A stretch of 64,000 nucleotides of DNA from Macrostomum lignano (taxonomy: Eukaryota). The translations under genes were made by a program, and so were the position numbers. The notes under the pieces are model-generated. The model searched no databases, was not told the DNA's origin, and worked only from the letters and a program-made list of their open reading frames with translations. Below, one piece after another: positions 49,070 to 62,540 of the stretch. The stretch covers positions 124,001 through 188,000 of the forward strand of contig NIVC01000882.1 of NCBI GenBank assembly GCA_002269645.1, read 5' to 3'. Numbering within the stretch: the first letter of the stretch is position 1; every line of letters begins with the position of its first letter.

Positions 49070-50378
49070 ATGGCCGATCCGCCAGACAAAACCAACAGTT
49101 ACAATAGCTTCATTCCAGACTCTACTGGGTAAGTTTGCAAGCTAATAATTTATTAATCATAAAATATTGCTATTTACGTTATCATATTCTGATGCTTTCA
49201 AACTGTCCTTGTTGCACTACAGCGCAATGGTACTCGACGACGAGATGTCTCAGCAAGTCACGCTCAACGTATCCATGCAGCAGTGCTTAGCCCAGGCCAA
49301 CTCGGAGGGGCGCCTGATTTCTGGGTTTAAAAACGTGTTCACCTTTCTGGAGAACAAGTTAGTTGCGTATCCATGCATGTTTGAATATTTAATTTTCACC
49401 GAAGCAAATAGAAATCCTAAACTCATTACTATAAGTACTCGTATAACTAATACTTCAGAAACTCGAAGTTTTAATTGTCCCACATTTTTCTTTGGATTAC
49501 AGCAGCAGCGAACTAATCCTGTTCTGCATCCTGCCAGAGAATCTGTGGAACGATTCTCGCCGCAAGGCAGCCTTCAGACTGGTCGCGTCGTTCTGCGACG
49601 AGCGCCGGGTGCGAATGATCAAGGTGCGAATTTATTGTTTTATAGTTCGTTTAGGGCACTAGAGAACCTCTTCAGTAGCATTCAAGTATTTATATTAGTA
49701 TAATTAATAGTATTAATTGATTGCTCTAACCTGCCCTAATTGGGCCAGATGTGCAACCGACAGCTCAGCCGCAGCTATTGCGCGGCGCATCTGAAGGCTG
49801 CGTACGGCTGTTCAGTCCAAGGACTGGGGGGTCGCCACACACAGCCTCAATTACCCCAGCTAATGCTGGCACCCATTTTACAGCTGGGTGAGCTGAAGCA
49901 ATGCAGAGTTAAGTGTCTTGCTCAAGGACACAGATTGTTTCAGTAGGATCGGGAATCAAACCCCCGACTTCCAAGTCGTGAGACCGACTCTTTACCCACT
50001 GGGCTACAACTCCTATATATAGTATATTATTATACTATTATGTAAAACCATAAGAGAACTCACACCCAAGAGAGTGTACACTCGCGCTCTCTTCATCAGT
50101 GTCAGCGCTGATGAAGTTGGAATTCGCTAACCCCCCCCCCCTGTCACGAAAACTCTGCTCAGGTTGACGACGACCAGTTGGTTAGAAAAATCATTGAGAG
50201 GACCAGCAGCTCCCAACTGAGCGCCGGCAAGGCGGACCTGTCCTACGAGTGCGTCCTGGTGCTGCGCCGCTGGCCAGATCAGCCCTGCTGCGACGCCGAA
50301 CTGTTGCGTCATCACGCCAGGTTCCCCGGCCACGATTTCGACAACCTGCCTCTGGTCCGGCTGCTGGAGTCGTCCTGA
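49070..50378 (+). CDS. GADD45: GADD45-like protein (L7Ae/Gadd45 fold), 4 exons, ~176 aa
   Basis: join(49070..49128,49223..49357,49503..49623,50163..50378), 531 nt, GT-AG and in phase. SMQQCLAQANSEGRLISGFKNVFTFLEN-NSSELILFCILPE...AFRLVASFCDERRVRMIK-VDD...YECVLV...LPLVRL follows the Gadd45 pattern (ALEEVL..A......GVYE...LCLL...LIQAFCCENDINILRV...LHCVLV...VPVINL). It is only fragmentarily seen in the ORF track. Confidence 0.8.
49700..50013 (-). mobile_element. tRNA-derived CORE-type SINE, full-length copy in GADD45 intron 3
   Basis: The reverse complement aligns end to end with 41017-41335 (5' GGAGTTGTAGCCCAGTGG; 3' CATCTGGCCCAATT.GGGCAGG). Confidence 0.82.
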
Positions 50379-51397
50379 TTGCAGGGTTTTTTTGGGGAGC
50401 ATCGAATTCGATCTGAAGCTACAGGCTGCCCTCGGGCGGTTAGCTCCGAGGACCCGGTAGCCGCAGGCCAGAGCGCCTTGGCCAGCGCACGCTTCCGCAC
50501 TACTTATGACGATCAGTAGTGTATTATTAAACAGTTAGATAAATTTATCGCACGCGTTGTTTCTTGGAAATCGGAATTTGTAAAGTCCTAAATTGATGGT
50601 AGATTTCGACTGTATTTTTGACATCTTCGCATGCTTGACTTGGCAGGCGACTTGATCGATTGCAGTCTGGAAATTTGAATTGGCATTGAATTTCACATTT
50701 TCACTGGCGTAGTAAGGTAACTGTCTCTGTTGTTATCCATATTTTTGTACTTGCAATTTCATCTCCGACAAAGTTGAACAGCCCAACTGCTATTTTATAC
50801 TTGTTAAATACTAGCTACAAAGATCTCATTTAAGACAAGATTTCATTGCTCCATTCTTATTTGCTGAGACTTCTTCAACTTTTTGCCAGCATTACGCCTA
50901 CTACCTGCATCTGTTGTTGTATATTTTTGTAAATTGTTCGCCCAATTACTTGTTATTTTATTTGTTCAGACACGAATTTCTGCTAATGCAAATATTCAAA
51001 TTTGTCAGCTTTGCTTTTCTATAGTTGCAAATTTTGTTTGACAGATTAAATAAACTTTTTATGTTTTTTATTGTCGTTTCGTTTGGCGGTTTTTCTGTAA
51101 AAAAATGTAAAGCACTGATTTTACGTTTTTATTTACGAAACGCTCATTATTTGCTTTGACTACTACTTATTAGTAGATTGCAGTAGTTTGATTAGCACAT
51201 CTTTTGGTCTATTTAACTTTTAGAATGGGCTCTTATGAAGGTAAGTAAATAAAAATTAACAAAAACAATCGTGATTTAAAATCCAGGATGAACTCTTTCA
51301 AGTGACGCATGCTTGGCAATTGAAGAAAGTGTTAAACAGGCCTTGTCCTTTCTTGAACAGTTTTAAAAAGTACATTGACCGTACTTCCCGTGCCTCC

Positions 51398-51859
51398 CAA
51401 GTCCTGAAGCTTTACCGACTCAAACCTCCCAAGGCCTGAAGCTTTACCGACTCAAACCTCCCAAGGCCTGAAGCTTTACCGACTCAAACCTCCCAAGGCC
51501 TGAGCTTCACCGACTCAAAACCTCCCAAGGCCTGAAGCTTTACCGACTCAAACCTCCCAAGGCCTGAAGCTTTACCGACTCAAACCTCCCAAGGCCTGAG
51601 CTTCACCGACTCAAAACCTCCCAAGGCCTGAAGCTTCACCGACTCAAACCTCCCAAGGCCTGAGCTTCACCGACTCAAACCTTCCAAGGCCTGAGCTTCA
51701 CCGACTCAAAACCTCCCAAGGCCTGAAGCTTCACCGACTCAAACCTCCCAAGGCCTGAGCTTCACCGACTCAAACCTCCCAAGGCCTGAGCTTCACCGAC
51801 TCAAACCTCCCAAGGCCTGAAGCTTCACCGACTCAAACCTCCCAAAGCCTGAAGCTTCA
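51398..51859. repeat. 31-32-bp minisatellite
   Basis: CCGACTCAAACCTCCCAAGGCCTGAAGCTTTA. Confidence 0.93.
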
Positions 51860-52345
51860 CTGCCTCCGTCCTCTAAGAACCAAAATTTCACTAACCTGAG
51901 CTAAGAGTCACAAACTAACCACAGTAAAATATGCTTAACTTGCAATGCTGGCTGTGAATGTGCGAATAACATAATACATGTCCATAATTTATAACAGTAT
52001 AATTTTGCAGTTCCAATTTTCTCCCGAATAATAACTGACAGCTTTCGCAATCTGCATCAGCAGTTTATGCATTAATTATTATTGTTTTTGCGCATAAAAA
52101 TTTCAAGTACGAGATAAATACGTCAAGTATAGGTCTGCAGGGGAGAGGTGTCGTACCTGAAAGTTGTATCTTCAAATTCGATCCGTTAATTGATTGGCTG
52201 CAGGGCGAGCGGCACCCAGAAGCAATTGTTTGCAACGGTTTTATAAGAAATCTCTAATTGACTTTCAGCACACAAGGCCTGCAGTGATACTACCTGGCTA
52301 AGCTTTGATTCAAGCTTCAAGCTCTACTCTTTCTCTCTCTCTAAT

Positions 52346-53535
52346 ATGGACTTCCCGTTGGTGCCAGCAAGTCAGTCGGGATTCCTCATCATGCTGGCCG
52401 CCGATGACAGCAACAATTTCACGGCCTGCTGCCAGCAGACGGTAAGCTTTCTGATTTATAAAAAATATTTCTAAGAGACTTTACTGTCTTTTCACATTCT
52501 TTCTTGGAATAACCTTTCTCGTGATTCTCCAGAATCCAAAGGAATCCCTTTAAGGAAATTCTTTTGGGGGGATTCTCTTTTAGGAAAATCCTTTTGGGGG
52601 ATTCTCATTTAGGGAAATCCTTTTGGGGGATTCCCCTTTAGGGAAATCTTCTTGGGGATTCTCCTTTAGGGAGATCCTGTTTGGGATTCTCCTTTAGGGA
52701 AATCCTGTGAGATTCTCCTTAAAGAAAATCAACTGCAGGGATACTCTTTTAGGGGAATCCTTAATAGGGTTCTATTCTGAAGTAATTTATTTTAGTTTTT
52801 CTTTTGTAAAAATCTAAGACGGGATTCAATCTACAGTTAGGAAGATTATTTTTGAACTAGCAAGGGAATTAGTTTTTGCAGATAGATAACTGGACCTTGC
52901 AGTCACAACAGGCCGACCCGCTGCCTCCATTGGCCGAAATGGGCGGCAGCAGCTGCATTCCGTACGCCACCGAGGAGCTGGAGAGCTCGGAGCCGCGTCT
53001 TGATCTCGATTTTATTATCGACCACTTGCCGACGTCGACGGAGCCACTGGCGACGCATCAGCCAGCATCAACTGTCGACTCAACCGGACTGCAGTGCATC
53101 CTGCACTACCTGCAGGGCGCTATCAGCGACTCGACGCCGGCGCCAACTCCGGCGCAGGCACCGACATTGCCAGCAAAAACGTCCGAGAGCGTGTCGAAAC
53201 GTGGACAACGACGACAGTCGATCGCTTCGACGACGACGGCCGTCGCCGCTCTGTACGCTGCACCAGGCGCCGTGCACGCTTGCCCGCTGAAGGGCTGCGA
53301 AAAGGCCTACAGCAAGAGCTCCCACCTGAAAGCTCACCTTCGAGCTCACACTGGGGAAAAGCCGTACAGATGCGACTGGCCCGGCTGTGACTGGCGATTC
53401 TCCAGGTCGGACGAGCTGACCAGGCACCGTCTGAAGCACACCGGCCTGAGGCCCTACCGCTGCCAGCTGTGCCAGCGGGCTTTCAGCCGCTCCGATCATC
53501 TGGCGCTGCATTTGCGGAAGCACAAGCAGATCTGA
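52346..53535 (+). CDS. KLF: Kruppel-like factor (3 C-terminal C2H2 fingers), KLF1/2/4-type N-terminal motif, 2 exons, ~249 aa
   Basis: join(52346..52441,52882..53535), phase 0. Fingers: [81 protein letters not shown]. Upstream LDLDFII motif. Confidence 0.92.
52530..52775. repeat. Degenerate tandem repeat of imperfect-palindrome units in the KLF intron
   Basis: GGGGATTCTCCTTTAGGGAAATCC variants. Confidence 0.75.
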
Positions 53536-53901
53536 TTGATTGTCTATGGCCGAGAGACAGGCTTATATTGCACACAACTGTCGTGATTGTCTATGGCCCA
53601 AAGATATGCTTACAAATTTTATGCCATGATTGTTTATAACCCAAAGATATGCTTACACATATTATGTTATGATTGTCTATGGCCCAGAGATATGCTTACA
53701 CATTATTTCATGATTGTTTATGGCCTAGAGACAGGCTTTAATCCCGCAGTAGTAGCTAGGTCTATGACATTTTCTGTCATTTTTAATTTCGAAAATAAAA
53801 TTACCAACCACTTTTATCGTTCGTCACTCTTCACATTCTGTTTCGCTCGGGTAGTAAGCGAACATCACCGCGTAAGTACTAGGGAATGCTGATTTTAACC
53901 T

Positions 53902-54822
53902 AGGGAATGGTGCTTGACTGGGTGCTGCGGACTGCTCTTCCTACCGACGACGATGGCTTTCTGCTGCGGCGACGCGTGGGTCGACGTCAACCGGAGAAGC
54001 GGCTCAGCGTGCTTGGCTACGCCGACGACCTCGCCCTGCTGTCCTCGACCGTCGAGGGTGCCCAACGGCAGCTGGACAGGCTAGTTGCCGTTGCGGCGAG
54101 CGTCGGCCTGGTGGTCAACATGCAGAAGACCGTTGTGCTCTGCGTGCCGGACGACATCGAGGCTGCAATCTTCTGCCGAGGTGCTGACGGGCAGGCGACC
54201 GAGCTCCCGCGATGTCAGCAGTTCGTCTACCTCGGCGGTCTGGTTCCAGACGCTCGCGAGGACCTCCGACGCTGCTGCGGGCTTGCCTGGGCTGCCTTTC
54301 GTTCTGTGAGGGCAGTCCTGCAATCCGAGGCCCTACCGGACCGCCAGAGGGCGGCGCTGTTCCAGGCGGTAATCGAGACCGTCTTGCTCTACAACGCCGA
54401 GACCTGGACGCTGACGGACTCACTCGAACAGCAAGTCGATGCGGCGCACGCTGGCCTGCTGCGCGCCGCCTTCAACATCGGCATCGAGCAAGTCAACAAC
54501 GCGGCACTCTATCGCCGCGCTGGCCTGCCACGTCCAAGCGATCTACTGTGCCGTCGGCGACTCCAGCTCGCAGGCCATCTCATCCGCGCCGAGTCGTACT
54601 GCCCACAGCCGGTGCAGGAGGTGCTGCTGCTCACGCTGCAGGCACCCTACCGGCGAGGTCAAGCGCGAGTCGGCGTTACGTCGACTGTCTGCTGGCTGAC
54701 GCCGGCGCCCCGGACACTGCCGGTGGCGCGGCCTTTGTTCGCGCCCAAGCCATGAAGCGCGCCCTGTGACGCTGACTTTTGCCATCCTGACAGCGTATTT
54801 TCTATTTTGTTGTTGTTGTTGT
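53902..54822 (+). mobile_element. 5'-truncated non-LTR retrotransposon (RTE-like LINE), C-terminal half of RT
   Basis: ORF 53907-54755 has LGYADDLALL, GLVVNMQKT, QFVYLGG, TVLLYNAETWTL and RRLQLAGHLIR, with a frameshift near the C-terminus. 3' tail CTATTTT(GTT)n. 12-bp TSD TGATTTTAACCT at 53890-53901 and 54823-54834. Confidence 0.9.
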
Positions 54823-54837
54823 TGATTTTAACCTCAC

Positions 54838-55228
54838 CGTCTCATCATCTCACCATCTCATCATCTCACCATCTCATCATCTCATCATCTCATCATCTCA
54901 CCATCTCATCATCTCACTATCTCACCATCTCATCATCTTATCATCTCACCATCTCATTATCTCACCATCTTATCATCTCACCATCTCATTATCTCACCAT
55001 CTCATCATCTCACCATCTCATCATCTCACTATCTCACCATCTCATCATCTTATCATCTCACCATCTCATCATCTCACTATCTCACCATCTCATCATCTCA
55101 CCATCTCATCATCTCACTATCTCACCATCTCATCATCTTATCATCTCGTCATCTCACTATCTCATCATCTTATCATCTCGTCATCTCACTATCTCGTCAT
55201 CTCACCATCTCATCATCTCACTATCTCA
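54838..55228. repeat. (CATCT)n-type microsatellite immediately after the LINE
   Basis: CATCT/CACCATCT units. Confidence 0.92.
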
Positions 55229-55832
55229 GCGAGTTAAGAACTCATTATCACTTCTTGATTGCAGTTGAAATTTCAGCCACTGTAGCTCAGTCCCTTTCAA
55301 TTTCACCTGGAGAATCGTTCGCAAACAGATTCTTACATTATAATTTTCCAATTAAAATATTCGTTGCCTTTGAATTGAGCTTTGGAAAATCCATTTTATT
55401 GTCAGGTCTTAAATAGCATCCTGAAGCCTTCAAGACAATACAGATAATTCACACTTGAATTGATTAATCTGGCATTGAGTCCTGCGGACAAAGGTGACTT
55501 AGATGATAATTTCATAGAAAATCCGGCTTGGACCATGGCTGACGCTTGCTTAATTTGCCCGCACACGCCACTCTGGGGTGTGAGTCGGCATAGGTTCTGG
55601 GAGCCCGCGGATATTTTTCTCAGGATTGACAACGGGATTAGTGGATGGGAAATTTTCTTTGCTTCTGGAGGGATTACGTCTGCGGTGGGGGGGGGGCGAA
55701 GTAATGAATTAGATTTATTCCGAAATAACAATTTCTTGGCCGTAAAAAATTGTCTTTGCTTGTTTTTCTGTTTCTGTTGCTATCTAGGGTTGGTCGATGT
55801 TCCGGATGCGCTGCTTTGGCACATTATAATAA

Positions 55833-56172
55833 GCGCGCAAGCGCGCAGTGTCACAAGTGCGCAGTGTCATAAGCGCAGTGTCATCAGTGCAGTGTCATAA
55901 GTGCGCAGTGTCATAAGTGCGCATTGTCATAAGCGCAGTGTCATAAGCGCAGTGTCATAAGCGCAGTGTCATAAGCGCAGTGTCATAAGCGCAGTGTCAT
56001 CAGCGCATTGTCATAAGCGCAGTGTCATAAGCGCAGTGTCATCAGCGCATTGTCATAAGCGCGCAGTGTCATAAGCGCAGTGTCATAAGTGCGCAGTGTC
56101 ATAAGTGCGCAGTGTCATAAGTGCGCAGTATCATAAGCGCGCATTGTCATAAGCGCGCATTGTCATAAGCGC
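55833..56172. repeat. 14-16-bp minisatellite
   Basis: GCGCAGTGTCATAA(GT). Confidence 0.92.
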
Positions 56173-56631
56173 CTATTTGGGTGCCAATACAAAATCTAAA
56201 CGCCATGGCAGGACGAGACCCGATCTAAAAATAACCAAAAGTTCTTGTCTTTCTACTTTCAGTAGCACACCAAGGGTATGCCTCCATACGGCAGACTCCT
56301 TATCAGCAAGGCAAACTGCCTACTATAAATCACCATTAGGCTTTTTGTCAAACTCCGCTATTCCGTATCATAATTTCGGCCAAAAATATTGATTGCTAAA
56401 CCCTGCTAACCGGGAGGGTCTCGATACGGTGGGCAAACATTAATTGCGGAACTGTAAAGACTGCAGGGGGGGGGGGGCTGAAACGAAGCGAGCGTCCTCT
56501 CTGCTCGAGAGACAGAGATTGAGCTCTCGATATTAATGCTGGGCTTCGGCATTATTGCTGATTCTTATCAGCTAAAATTAAGAGACGACCGCGCGAAGTT
56601 CGACCAGGACAGCTAAATTATAAGGATTGGA

Positions 56632-56702
56632 GGGCCGTAGCCCAGTGGTCTGGCGCGGCGCTCTGATGTGCCAGCGGCCCAGGCTCGATTCCCAGTGCAG
56701 TC
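56632..56702 (+). mobile_element. Degenerate tRNA-like / SINE head
   Basis: GGGCCGTAGCCCAGTGG (A box) ... GGCTCGATTCCC (B-box-like) at tRNA spacing; the acceptor stem does not pair well, so this is not called a tRNA gene. Confidence 0.35.
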
Positions 56703-58136
56703 GCATTAATTTTTGCGGCTAAATTGGAATCTCGGCTTGGCTCTGCTCGTGCAATTAACGGCCAGCTTGAAGGCCAACCCCCAAGGCACAGTGAAGTGTA
56801 CATGCCTAACGATAAATAAAGTTAGGGCCATTTTGCACTCCTGTGTGAGTGTGTGCCTGTGCGTATGACTGCGTACGTATCCGCGCGCTTGTATGCCTGC
56901 TCAGGGGAGTCGGCGGAATGGGCAGCAATGCCTCTCGTCGGTTGTGTGACAATGTCGCTTAAAGTGAACCAGGGTGCACACAACCCCTTTCTTAAAATAT
57001 AAGATCTCTGTAGTGCATTTTTCTTAGTGCACTTCTTCTAGACCTCTAGATCTCTAGACTTCTAGACCGAGAGTTTCTATGGCGAAACCCCTTTCACAGC
57101 ACTTTTTAATGAGTTATCTAACTTGTCCGGACAAAACCAAGAAATTCGTAAGTCTATGCAGAAACTGAGACATTCTGTCAGCTTGTCTGTAAGCCGGTCC
57201 TTCCCCAGCCCTCCGAAGGTCTACCTTGCTTAGACTCAACCGCAGGAACACCAGGGTGGTAACCATGGGCTTCTCAGGCCATGGTTGTTTCGCCAGGAAT
57301 CGGTTGCCTTCACGGAAAAATCCACAGTGAGGAATCTACTCAGCTTACCTAAGGGCTACCGGGCGAGCGACAATCCACCTACTAGCTGGACTCCCGGGTC
57401 ACATTCAGAACCAGAGAGTTCCTGCTGCCAAGTCAAGTAAGCCAAGAAGAAGAGTGTTATAGAGTCCTTTTACTTTAGCTGTCCATTATTTCGAATTTGG
57501 CATTCGGAATAGGCAACTGAGAGTACGAGCTTACATAGTTTTATTGCTCTCGTCGACTAACTGTTTCTCTTGCTTCAAAGCATGATTTTTTATGAAAGTC
57601 AAGTCTACCGCTTGGCGGTTCGCCATTCTGCATCAAATTTCTCCATCAAAATATATATATAGCCAATAGCATCGTTTTCAACATTGATTCCAATGCAACC
57701 CTGTGGGACTGCTTTAATGGCATTGTATGGGTTCCCCTGCTATCTGTATAGCTGGGGACTTCGAAAGTAGGGGGGGGGGGGTTAGTGGATTCAGAATCTA
57801 TCCATCTATCTGCACAGAGATAGATTTATGTGTATATATGAAAGCAGAAGCGAACAAGGAATCCTCCAAGATATGCCCCTCTCCTAGGGGGAGGTTGGGG
57901 TTCGTTACCTCGCCCATTGGGGCCGAAGTGCAGGAGAAGATCTGTGCAGAGCAGTTTGTTTTGACAAGAAGAAGAGACAGGCAGGCAGAGATGACAGAAA
58001 TCAGTTGGGCACTTCTCTTTGTTGCAGAGCCTCTCTAACTGCCCCCGCCCGCCTTCTGTCACCAAGGCCGCGGTCAAGGAGAACTGCAGGATGGACGGGG
58101 ATTTGGAGTGCCTGATTTTCCTTTCAAACCGTCGTT

Positions 58137-58327
<191 letters not shown>

Positions 58328-58907
58328 ATTACTCAGACTGATGTCTGAGGCTGAGAGTTTAAAGGAAGATTTGCTCTCCGGATTGTGGCTTCAGCTCTCC
58401 TTATCGGAGCCCCCGCCACCGCCTGCGCATGATGCACGGTCATCTGTTGCAGACTCCCCCCCCCCATCATATTGTTTTGCTTCTTCTCCAAGCGCGATGA
58501 CGGACAGGTTCTTAGCCTTCTTTCTGGCTGGCGGCAAAAATTTATGGGGCTAATTCGGCCGGGTTTCTTCTTGGCCAAGTCTGGGTAGGTGTTGGGGGGG
58601 GGGTCACAGAGCCCGAACAGCTGCGCCCGGTTCATGACCGGCGACTGGGCGAGAAACGAGGCGAAAAATCCGAGCTGAGAAATTTGACCCAGTCTGCTTT
58701 CATGGATCAGGGCCAAGACATTGAGATTGCCGGCCGGTCCAGGCTGGGTTGCCTGGAAGAAATAATTATGACTGCTGTCTTTAACAATAATGTTATTCTA
58801 ATATGGAAGCAAGCTTTTTTATAGGTGAGATTACATTGACTTGATTGATTTTTACAGAGTACATGTAGATCAGTTTAAAGTTGTGCGTAGTATAATGCAG
58901 TGCGTGA

Positions 58908-59894
58908 GAGTAGATTAACTTCAGTGTGAGAGTAGATTAACTTCAGTGTGAGAGTAGATTAACTTCAGTGTGAGAGTAGATTAACTTCAGTGTGAGAGTA
59001 GATTAACTTCAGTGTGAGAGTAGATTAACTTCAGTTTGAGAGTAGATTAACTTCAGTGTGAGAGTAGATTAACCTCAGTGTGAGAGTAGATTAACTTCAG
59101 TGTGAGAGTAGATTAACTTCAGTGTGAGAGTAGATTAACTTCAGTGTGAGAGTAGATTAACTTCAGTGTGAGAGTAGATTAACTTCAGTGTGAAAGTAGA
59201 TTAACTTCAGTGTGAGAGTAGATTAACTTCAGTGTGAGAGTAGATTAACTTCAGTGTGAGAGTAGATTAACTTCAGTGTGAGAGTAGATTAACTTCAGTG
59301 TGAGAGTAGATTAACTTCAGTGTGAGAGTAGATTAACTTCAGTGTGAGAGTAGATTAACTTCAGTGTGAGAGTAGATTAACTTCAGTGTGAGAGTAGATT
59401 AACTTCAGTGTGAGAGTAGATTAACTTCAGTTTGAGAGTAGATTAACTTCAGTGTGAGAGTAGATTAACTTCAGTTTGAGAGTAGATTAACTTCAGTGTG
59501 AGAGTAGATTAACTTCAGTGTGAGAGTAGATTAACTTCAGTGTGAGAGTAGATTAACTTCAGTGTGAGAGTAGATTAACTTCAGTGTGAGAGTAGATTAA
59601 CTTCAGTGTGAGAGTAGATTAACTTCAGTTTGAGAGTAGATTAACTTCAGTGTGAGAGTAGATTAACTTCAGTGTGAGAGTAGATTAACTTCAGTGTGAG
59701 AGTAGATTAACTTCAGTGTGAGAGTAGATTAACTTCAGTGTGAGAGTAGATTAACTTCAGTGTGAGAGTAGATTAACTTCAGTGTGAGAGTAGATTAACT
59801 TCAGTTTGAGAGTAGATTAACTTCAGTGTGAGAGTAGATTAACTTCAGTGTGAGAGTAGATTAACTTCAGTGTGAGAGTAGATTAACTTCAGTG
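58908..59894. repeat. 22-bp minisatellite, ~45 near-perfect copies
   Basis: GTGTGAGAGTAGATTAACTTCA. Confidence 0.96.
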
Positions 59895-60646
59895 CAACGT
59901 CCATACAAACGTGAAGGACAAGAGAGACCAGGTTGCACAGAAACGCTTCTAAACGCTTCTCTCGCACAAGTCTCAATTAAACATAACAGAATGCAGGATT
60001 GCAGGTACAGCACTGGAGAGCAGAGCAGAGCTGCAGGGACCTGACAGAAGAAGAGATTAATTAGTGGCTGAGAAGAACAGCCCAGCTTCCTACACTAGGA
60101 GCCTCTCAGAAGTGATCGCGAGTTGAGAGCTTTCTTAAGCTGAAAATTGTCGTCATTGTTACAGGGGGGACAACATGGCTCCATCATCTTTATTCTGGCT
60201 TGTCCCCCAAGAGCACAATGAGTTTTATCTTGTAAGAAGGTGGAAAAGATAGAAGGCGCCTGATGCAGCGGCAGTACAGGAGACGCCACCTGATTCTGTG
60301 CCAAGCCTCATCTAGCGACGCAAATTCCCTTTTGTTAGGGAGTTAAATCGGGGACTGGGGAGGACGCAGCGTCAAAGCAATGATGGTGCAGTGCAGTTTC
60401 TGCAGCATGGGGACTTCCGGCGCTGCGCTGCTCTGTTCCCCTTGGTGTCCCAGCTTGACTCCCTCATCCTCTGCCTGCGGCTGCCTTAGTCTGCTTCCCG
60501 TGCTCACAGCTGCATTGTGGGTCTCTGTGCCTGCCCATTACTTTTTTCTGCTGCTCCTTTCTCTTCTTCTGTGGTCATTTCTTCTCGGCTGCTGTCCCCT
60601 CAGTTACTCAATCTTCATCATGTTCTATCAGCATCTCCGGTCATGA

Positions 60647-61292
<646 letters not shown>

Positions 61293-61918
61293 TGCAGCCA
61301 GCCCGCAATCCCCACCCCACCCCGAGAATATTCCAGCCAGAAAAAGCATAAGTTTTAATGCAATTTCGCGACTCAAGAGTGGGGATGATAGTCCCAAGCT
61401 CCCACCCATTTATCCCTCTATCACTTCACTTTAATGGCTAGTTTTCAGACCCCTGGCACCATCAAGGACCCGCGGAGCAGGATGGGGTTGAGGATCGACA
61501 CTGATGCAGAACATCTGCCATGTGGGGGGAAAACTGTTGCCCAGAGACAGAAATTCCCTCATTGCTTTACTGTCATAGTTTTTCTGCTTTTAGCCATGAA
61601 TAGCGGCAGACTTGGGGCCTGTGTCTCCGACTGAGGATGGGACGGTGCTGCACCGTGGGGCGGCCGTCTTTATTGAGATGGGGAATAATATTCAGGGACA
61701 AAAATATGGCATTAATAACCAGAATATTACCTATCAGCTATCATTGCCTGTGTGCTTATTATAGCAATACACTGGGATGAGTAATTGTCGCTGAATGCGA
61801 TAATTCACTTCTCTGTTATTCCAGATGACCAAATAAAAAAGTGCATAGCAAAATTAAAAACACTTCTGCCATTGGTTATGTTGCATCAATCTGACAGGCC
61901 AGACTTTTCGTGGTCCAC

Positions 61919-62540
61919 TTAAGATCCCCTCTCTCAAGATCTCCTCTCTCAAGATCTCCTCTCTTAAGATCTCCTTTCTCAAGATCTCCTCTCTCAAGAT
62001 CTCCTCTCTCAAGATCTCCTCTCTCAAGATCTCCTCTCTCGAGATCTCCTCTCTTAAGATCCCCTCTTTTGAGATCCCTTCTTTTGAGATCCCCTCTCTC
62101 AAGATCTCCTCTCTCAAGATCTCCTCTCTCAAGATCTCCTCTCTCAAGATCTCCTCTCTCAAGATCTCCTCTCTCAAGATCTCCTCTCTCAAGATCTCCT
62201 CTCTCGAGATCTCCTCTCTTAAGATCCCCTCTTTTGAGATCCCCTCTTTTGAGATCCCCTCTCTCAAGATCTCCTCTCTTAAGATCCCCTCTATTGAGAT
62301 CCCCTCTCTCAAGATCCCCTCTCTCAAGATCCCCTCTCTCAAGATCCCCCCTCTCTCAAGACCCCCTCTCTCTCAAGACCCCCTCTCTCTCAAGATCCTC
62401 TCTCTCAAGATCCTCTCTCTCAAGATCCCTCTCTCTCAAGATCCCCTCTCTCTCAAGACCCCCTCTCTCTCAAGATCCCCTCTTCTCTCAAGACCCCCTC
62501 TCTCTCAAGACCCCCTCTCTCTCAAGATCCCCTCTCTCTA
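61919..62540. repeat. 15-bp minisatellite
   Basis: CAAGATCTCCTCTCT variants. Confidence 0.93.

Noticed and set aside
58908-59894. Near-perfect 22-bp array (also the 30-bp and 39-bp arrays) as possible CRISPR arrays
   Set aside because: Units are head-to-tail with no unique spacers, there are no cas genes, and the context is eukaryotic.
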